Below, one piece after another: positions 58,470-64,000 of a DNA stretch of 64,000 bases. Positions within the stretch are counted from its first letter, which is position 1, and each line of letters opens with the position of its first letter. A program made the position numbers and the translations under genes. The DNA lies in the NCBI GenBank assembly GCA_030059665.1, contig JANVYR010000002.1, positions 224,001 to 288,000 of the forward strand, given 5' to 3'. The notes beneath the pieces were generated by a model. The model searched no databases. It worked only from the letters and a program-made list of their open reading frames with translations, and was not told the DNA's origin. Source of the stretch: Candidatus Calditenuis fumarioli (GTDB lineage: Archaea > Thermoproteota > Nitrososphaeria_A > Caldarchaeales > Calditenuaceae).

Positions 58470-60121
58470 CCCTCTGGCTCTGAGAGACGGGCAGGACGAA
58501 GATCCTGCCCGACCCCTGCATCGGCTGAGTCAGGGCTTACGGCCGGGGCCAGCCGACCCCTTCTCCCGGGGTCCGGGCCGGGATCGGAGGGACCGATCAT
58601 ATCCCTCCCCATGATGTTGGGGAGGCCGGCCTTCTAGGCCGGGACATCCCTCCGACCGGCCCTCCCCGGGGAAGGGTTGCCACAGAGGGGGTGAGGCGCC
58701 GTCCGACGTCAGCCTGATCCGGTGAGGATGGTCAGCTGGTGATCGCGATGGGGGTGAGGGCTTCTCCGCGCCCGACACCCGACCCCTTCCTCACCCGGTG
58801 GCCATCCGGAAGAGGAAGGTACTGGGCGGACGCGCATCGATCCGGTCAGACTCGCCTATCCTCCTGAGCGCCGTCACCCGATGGGAGGGACCCCTGCACG
58901 CCGCGCCCTTCGCCCGGGTATGCCTGTCCCTCCTTTGGACCCGGAGGCCGGCCTTGCCCGGGGATCACCGGATGACGGCGTTCAGGAGGACTTCTGGGAT
59001 CATCGTGTAATCATCAGGTGATCGTCCGGTCCGGGACCTTTGCCGACCCCGTGTATACAAATGTGCACAAATGCATACATCCGTTCCTACCCCCTCTCCC
59101 CCTCCCTTTCGGGAAGAGGTGGGGGTCCTCAGAATGCCCCCTGGGGGTCTCAGAGCACCCCCCGGGGGGCCTCTCCCCTCCCTCCCCCTACCCCTGGTTG
59201 CCCCCTTTGGGACTAGGGCGGGGGATCGGTGAACCCCCAGTACCCCCTCCCTTCGACGGAGGATAGGGGATCCCTGAGGGCCATGAGGGGAGCCCCCTTC
59301 GCGCATGGTGGGGTCTCCTCGACGGGGTTCTCGGCGGTCCCGGTATCCGTGCCCAGAGTTCCCACGGCCCCCCGGACGGGGTTTTGAGACGGCCGTGGTA
59401 CCCCGGGCCATCTACCGGCGGACGGGCTTGGGAACCCTGAAGGGCCATCGCCCCGGGCTTGTCCCCTCATCGCCCGTTCCCCCCTCCATCCGGAGGGGGT
59501 TATGGCGGTTAGCCCTGCCCCCCGGACGGGAGGCGGTGCCCTCACAGCGGACGCTCAGGCCCTCACATCCCCTGCTGGAAGCGCGGGGGATGCGGGACAC
59601 CCGCCGCCGCCGTCTCTACGTCCGGGGCCAGAGGTGCTGGGAGGCCCCGGCGCACCAACCCCTCCCCCAGGATCCCCAGCACCCATGAGTTTGGTGGGTG
59701 CTCCGGGATTTGATCCCGGGGTGAGAGGAATAGTTCTCCCTCGACTCGGCTGACTTCCTCTTCCTCCGCCCTTCGTCTGTCTTCCGGGAGGGCTTAGGGC
59801 GATCGCCCTTCCCGGGGAGCCCCTTCTGCCCCTCCCATCCGGGACTCCCCCGCCGCCCCGGCATCCTGGGGCTACGGGCGGGCTCCCACTTCCCGCCGCT
59901 CCCTTCAGGGAGGCGAGGAGACGCTCTCGTCGTCCCCTCGCCGGGGGCAGCTCCCTTCACCGGAGGAGGTCCAGGGCCGCAACCCCTTTCGGGGCCTCGG
60001 CGCCGCCCCGCCGGCTTTCGTCGGCGGCCCCAACTCCTCCTCCAGCGCCGCCACCTTTCCGTGGCGACCGGGCCCCTCACGTGGCGGGCCTCGGGACCCG
60101 TGAGGAGGACCTTGAACCCTC
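58470..60121 (-). ncRNA. Putative ~1.65-kb highly structured non-coding RNA of unknown class
   Basis: Very GC-rich with only Pro/Gly/Arg junk ORFs; dense stem-loops whose GAAA tetraloops and G.U pairs work only on the minus strand; TATA-like box just upstream; boundaries approximate. Confidence 0.75.
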
Positions 60122-60143
60122 TGTAAAGTGTAGTTCTGTCGAC

Positions 60144-60153
60144 TTTACTTAAG
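60144..60153 (-). promoter_or_regulatory. TATA-like box for the putative large RNA
   Basis: CTTAAGTAAA on minus strand 23-32 nt upstream of the first hairpin (60121). Confidence 0.45.
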
Positions 60154-60176
60154 CATTAGCATTCAACTGGACGTGA

Positions 60177-60547
60177 TAGTGTCCGGATAAGCATCTCTAC
60201 CCACCTCCGTTCCTCATCACATGATAGTAGATCGCGAAGAGGTTTAGGAATTGGTCTCATCGACAGCTATGCACCTCCTATATCTCGGCTCTGAGGCCAC
60301 TGTTACCATAGAAGACACCTTCCTGGCAAGATAATGTACTGTTGATTCGCTTATAGGCTCAATAGCTATGCTGAGTACCTTGGCGACCCTCCTGCAGCTG
60401 CCGTGGAACACGTACTCTAGGACAGCTAAGACCTTGACCTCACGGCTTTTTTGTTGCGCTCGAGACGGCTCGAGATCAGGGCTATGACGTCCACGAAGAC
60501 GACCATCGAAGACAGGCCTTTAAATGTATTCACTTATCCGGACACTA
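60177..60547 (-). mobile_element. Internally deleted IS6-family element (371 bp)
   Basis: Perfect 15-bp terminal inverted repeats TAGTGTCCGGATAAG / CTTATCCGGACACTA; internal frame ...SCRRVAKVL..ISESTVHYLARK...CIAVDET* resembles the IS6 transposase N-terminus up to the first catalytic Asp. Confidence 0.85.
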
Positions 60548-61310
60548 CCGAGATAGTTTAGAAGGCATTGATATACAACCTGTTGCTTAACGCGGCATGA
60601 ACTTAGGAAACTGAGGCACGAGCTGGAGAAGAGGTAATAGAACTAGAGGAATTATGCCACAAGGCATGAGGCTGCAGAGGTTCGTCAAGGATTTCGCTCG
60701 ATCCTGCCGTTTGGGATGCGGCGGGCGCCCGGCTTTGATGGCCCCATGATGGATTGATTCCGAGGAGAATTGGAGACAATATTAACTCAGGCAGGAGAGT
60801 CCTACTACGACGACGTTTACCTCATGGCGAGCACGGACGAGGAGGGATGGGATGAGGGAAGTAAGGGCCCTTGAGGAGAGGGTTTCCGCAGTCACAGGGT
60901 CCACCGGGAATCGCCAGCCACACCCAAAGAGCAGGAAACGGTCGGGTCTAATGACAAATCTTAGAAGTGTTTACCGTGTGGGGAAGGACGAGGGACTTCA
61001 GGACGTGGAAGGCGCAGATGATGGCTTATCTCGTCCGTCAACCGCCCTCAAAGGAGCTGGACTCCCTGATAGACCAGCTTGAGAAGCTCCGTAGCAGGTG
61101 GTTATCGAGTCTTTAGCCGGCATCAGCAAGCATGAGAGCGCATCAGGCATTAAGATTCCACCAGAATTGTTACCATCGCAAGAGTAGGTCGAGGCGTGGT
61201 CTCGGGAGAGGGAGTGAGGGATGTCGTATTAGCAGTTTATTAGGAGCTATGGCGTCGAGGTTTTCAGAATAAACAAGATCAATATCCCGCGCTGAACCCT
61301 ATCCGGCGGC

Positions 61311-61826
61311 ATGGTGGGGCAGGTCACGGAGCTGATCAGGACCAAGCTGGACTGGAGGAGCTTCTCGGAGAGGCCGGTGAGCAGGGAGGACGTGATCGCG
61401 ATCCTCGACGCCGCGAGGTGGGCGGGCAGCGGCAAGAACACCCAGCACTGGCGCTTCGTCCTGATAGAGGACAGAGAAGAGCTGAGGTGGCTGGCGGAGC
61501 ACACGACGACGGGCCGGTGGCTCGAGGGCGCGGCCTTCGCGGTGATCGTCACCACAGACTCCAACATACCCTACCACATGCTCGACGCCGGCAGGGCGAT
61601 AGCGAACATGCAGCTGGAGGCCTGGAGCAGGGGCATAACCTCCTGCATAACAACGGGCTACGACCAGTCGGTGATCAGGCAGAGGTACGGCATACCCGAG
61701 AAGAGGTCCGTCGACGCGATCGTCGGCTTCGGGTACCCCGACAGGCCCCTGAAGGGGAAGAAGACGAGGAGGCCGCTGAGCGAGCTGGTCTACGTCGGAC
61801 GGTACGGCAACCCGCTGAAGGTCTGA
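61311..61826 (+). CDS. Nitroreductase family protein
   Basis: RSFSERPV, AARWAGSGKNTQHWRF, DAGRAIANMQLEAWSRGITSC. Confidence 0.93.
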   Translation: MVGQVTELIRTKLDWRSFSERPVSREDVIAILDAARWAGSGKNTQHWRFVLIEDREELRWLAEHTTTGRWLEGAAFAVIVTTDSNIPYHMLDAGRAIANMQLEAWSRGITSCITTGYDQSVIRQRYGIPEKRSVDAIVGFGYPDRPLKGKKTRRPLSELVYVGRYGNPLKV

Positions 61827-61831
61827 CGGCC

Positions 61832-63409
61832 TTGACGTCCGAGCGGACGGTGCTGGCCGAGCTCGTCGAGGAGGTCCTCGCCAGGAGGCCGGCGACCAAG
61901 GAGGAGCTGAACAGGATCAAGCTGGAGCTCGCCAAGAGGCTCAGGCTCGAGAGGGTGCCATCCGACGCGGAGCTGGCCGGCGCGCTGCTCGAGAAAGGCG
62001 CTGACCCGGAGCTGGTGAGGGTTGTGAGGAAGAAGCCAGTCAAGACGAGGTCCGGCGTAACGGTGATCACGGTCGTCCTGCCGATCTTCAGGTGCCCCCA
62101 CGGCAGATGCGTTTACTGCCCCGGAGGCGGAAGCACCGGGATACCACAGAGCTACACCGGCAGGGAGGCCTGGGTCTCGGCAGCGAGGGAGATGGGTTAC
62201 GAGGTGGAGGCGCAGGTCAGGACGCAGGTCGATCGGCTCAGGAGGATGGGTCACGAGGTCGACAAGGTCGAGCTGATCTTCATAGGAGGGACCTTCACCG
62301 CGGAGCCCCTCGAGCTGCAGCGTGACCGTATCAGGAGGGCGCTCTCCGCGCTTCACGGGCCCTCGGCGACCCTCGAGGAGGCCCTTGAGAAAGCCGAGCG
62401 CTCCCTTCCCTCCGTCTCGGGGATAACCGTCGAGACGAAGCCCGACTGGGCGAAGGCTCCCGTGGCGGACGAGCTGCTCCGGATGGGCATCACGAGGGTG
62501 GAGCTGGGCGTTCAGGCGCTCGACGACGTGGTCTATCGGATCGTCAACAGGGGCCACACGGTCAGGGACGTGGCCGAGGCCACGGCCGACCTAAGGCAGA
62601 GGGCCTTCAAGGTCTGCTACCACCTGATGCCGGGCCTTCCGGGGAGCGACCCGCACCGCGACCGGGAGTGGTTCAGGCGCCTCTTCGAGGACCCGAGCTT
62701 CAGGCCCGACATGCTGAAGGTCTACCCGACGATGGTGATCCCCGGGACTCCGCTCTTCGAGATGTGGCGGCGCGGGCTCTACGAGCCCTACCCTCTGGAG
62801 GAGATGGTGGAGCTGCTGGTGGACTGGCTCAGCATCGTCCCTCCGTACGTGAGGGTGATGCGGATCAGGCGGGAGATACCGAGCGAAGCCGTCGCCGCCG
62901 GTGCCTGGCCCGGAAACCTGAGGGAGCTGGTGGAGGGGGAGATGAGGAGGAGGGGCCTCAGGTGCAGGTGCGTCAGGTGCCGCGAGATCGGGAACCCCGA
63001 GGTCCTCAGGCGGGTCGAGCCTTCCCGCCTGAACTTCGAGGTGAGGGAGCTCCGGTACGAGGCCTCCGGCGGTACCGAGGTCTTCATCTCCTACGAGGAC
63101 CCGGAGAGCGACGTCCTCGCAGGGCTTCTCAGGCTGAGGTTGCAGCGTGAACCCGTCGAGGGGCTCACGGAGGAGGCGGCGCTGGTGAGGGAGCTGCACG
63201 TCTACGGTCCGATGGTGCCGGTGGGGAGGGATCACGTCGGGGGATGGCAGCACAGGGGGATAGGCGCGCTGCTGCTGAGGAGGGCCGAGGAGATAGCCGC
63301 ATCGGAGGGCTACAGGAGGATCCTGGTCATCAGCGGCGTCGGCGTCAGGAGGTACTACTACAGGCTCGGATACGTGAGGGCTCTGCCGTACGTCGCCAAG
63401 CGGCTCTGA
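61832..63409 (+). CDS. elp3: Elp3 tRNA uridine(34) acetyltransferase (radical SAM + GNAT)
   Basis: KTRSGVTVI, CPHGRCVYCPGG, PQSYTG.E, ETKPD, VRELHVYG, WQHRGIG, GVGVRRYY; TTG start inferred. Confidence 0.96.
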   Translation: MTSERTVLAELVEEVLARRPATKEELNRIKLELAKRLRLERVPSDAELAGALLEKGADPELVRVVRKKPVKTRSGVTVITVVLPIFRCPHGRCVYCPGGGSTGIPQSYTGREAWVSAAREMGYEVEAQVRTQVDRLRRMGHEVDKVELIFIGGTFTAEPLELQRDRIRRALSALHGPSATLEEALEKAERSLPSVSGITVETKPDWAKAPVADELLRMGITRVELGVQALDDVVYRIVNRGHTVRDVAEATADLRQRAFKVCYHLMPGLPGSDPHRDREWFRRLFEDPSFRPDMLKVYPTMVIPGTPLFEMWRRGLYEPYPLEEMVELLVDWLSIVPPYVRVMRIRREIPSEAVAAGAWPGNLRELVEGEMRRRGLRCRCVRCREIGNPEVLRRVEPSRLNFEVRELRYEASGGTEVFISYEDPESDVLAGLLRLRLQREPVEGLTEEAALVRELHVYGPMVPVGRDHVGGWQHRGIGALLLRRAEEIAASEGYRRILVISGVGVRRYYYRLGYVRALPYVAKRL

Positions 63410-63410
63410 C

Positions 63411-64000
63411 TCAGAAGAGCCTGACCCTGCCCTCGAGTATCAGCCTGGTCAGCTCGGTTATCCTGCTCAGCTCCTCGTCGACTATCGAGCGGGCCTCCTG
63501 GACGTCACCTGACCTGATCTGCCTGGCGGGGATGTAGCTGACCGTGACGGAGAGCGGCTGGTCTATCCTCCGACCGATCTGGGAGAGGACCTTGACGTAG
63601 ACCTCCTCGAAGGCGTCGGTGCTGTTGTAGATCCTCCCGGCCATGCGGAAGGCGAGCACGTTGTAGAGCTTGCCCACATGCGAGACCGGGTTCTTGCCAG
63701 CCGTTGCCTCCATCGACATGTACCTGAACGGCGTTATCAGACCGGAGGCCCTGTTGCCGCGGCCCGTGTTGCCGTCGTCGCCGTGCTCCGCGGAGGTGCC
63801 AGTGACGGTGAGGTAGACCGTGCTCCTGTCCGGCTGACCAGGGAAGATCCTGTCGGCGGTGTTGACGTCGACCTTGACCTCGTACTCCGGCGTGATCTTG
63901 GCCGCCAGGTCCCGAACCGCGTCGGCGATCTCTTCCTTCACCGAGATGTAGTGGTCCAGGTCGTAGGTCAGGTGGGAGACGATGCCGTTGGCGACGGTGA
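63411..64000 (-). CDS. mat: Archaeal S-adenosylmethionine synthetase, C-terminal part (5' end outside window)
   Basis: [41 protein letters not shown]. Confidence 0.95.
   Translation of the reverse strand, partial: TVANGIVSHLTYDLDHYISVKEEIADAVRDLAAKITPEYEVKVDVNTADRIFPGQPDRSTVYLTVTGTSAEHGDDGNTGRGNRASGLITPFRYMSMEATAGKNPVSHVGKLYNVLAFRMAGRIYNSTDAFEEVYVKVLSQIGRRIDQPLSVTVSYIPARQIRSGDVQEARSIVDEELSRITELTRLILEGRVRLF

Noticed and set aside
58530-60080. ORF-track proteins in the GC-rich region
   Set aside because: Overlapping Pro/Gly/Arg-rich frames on both strands without host codon pattern; artefacts of stop-poor GC sequence
58470-60121. rRNA, RNase P RNA or SRP RNA identity for the GC-rich region
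   Set aside because: No universal 16S/23S motifs seen. GAGGAAGUC (near 59755) lacks a matching P4 partner, and the CAGAAGGGGCU look-alike lies upstream, the wrong order for RNase P. No SRP helix 8, and far too long.
57361-60121. Group I or group II intron carrying the LAGLIDADG ORF
   Set aside because: No GUGYG start, no domain V/VI after the ORF, no recognisable P7 motifs and no interrupted host gene. A highly divergent intron cannot be fully excluded without a CM search.

Overview
GC-rich archaeal chromosome segment. The gene set (PolD DP1/DP2, rps25e, rpl32e, CofE, Nitrososphaeria-style NuoI) suggests a thermophilic Nitrososphaeria/Caldarchaeales ('Aigarchaeota') organism; this is inference. 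The backbone is a replication neighbourhood: GINS-MCM-Hel308, an ORB-containing oriC next to cdc6, and DP1/DP2, plus translation, tRNA-modification and metabolic genes. Accessory content: (1) an orphan three-gene head-tail virus tail module (4.4-8.0 kb); (2) three CRISPR arrays with one 24-nt repeat and near-identical leaders, two of them flanking a complete type I-A cas operon; (3) a LAGLIDADG intein inserted inside the second [4Fe-4S] motif of NuoI; (4) a small low-GC island with possible toxin-antitoxin genes; (5) an island at 57.3-61.2 kb, the most striking item. It holds a lone tRNA 3' half that truncates trmO, a ~1.65-kb non-coding, hairpin-dense minus-strand RNA with a circularly permuted tRNA-like domain ending in CCA, an HTH-LAGLIDADG gene directly downstream of that RNA, and an IS6 remnant. 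All calls are by eye from the sequence and remembered family motifs; no searches or folding programs were run.
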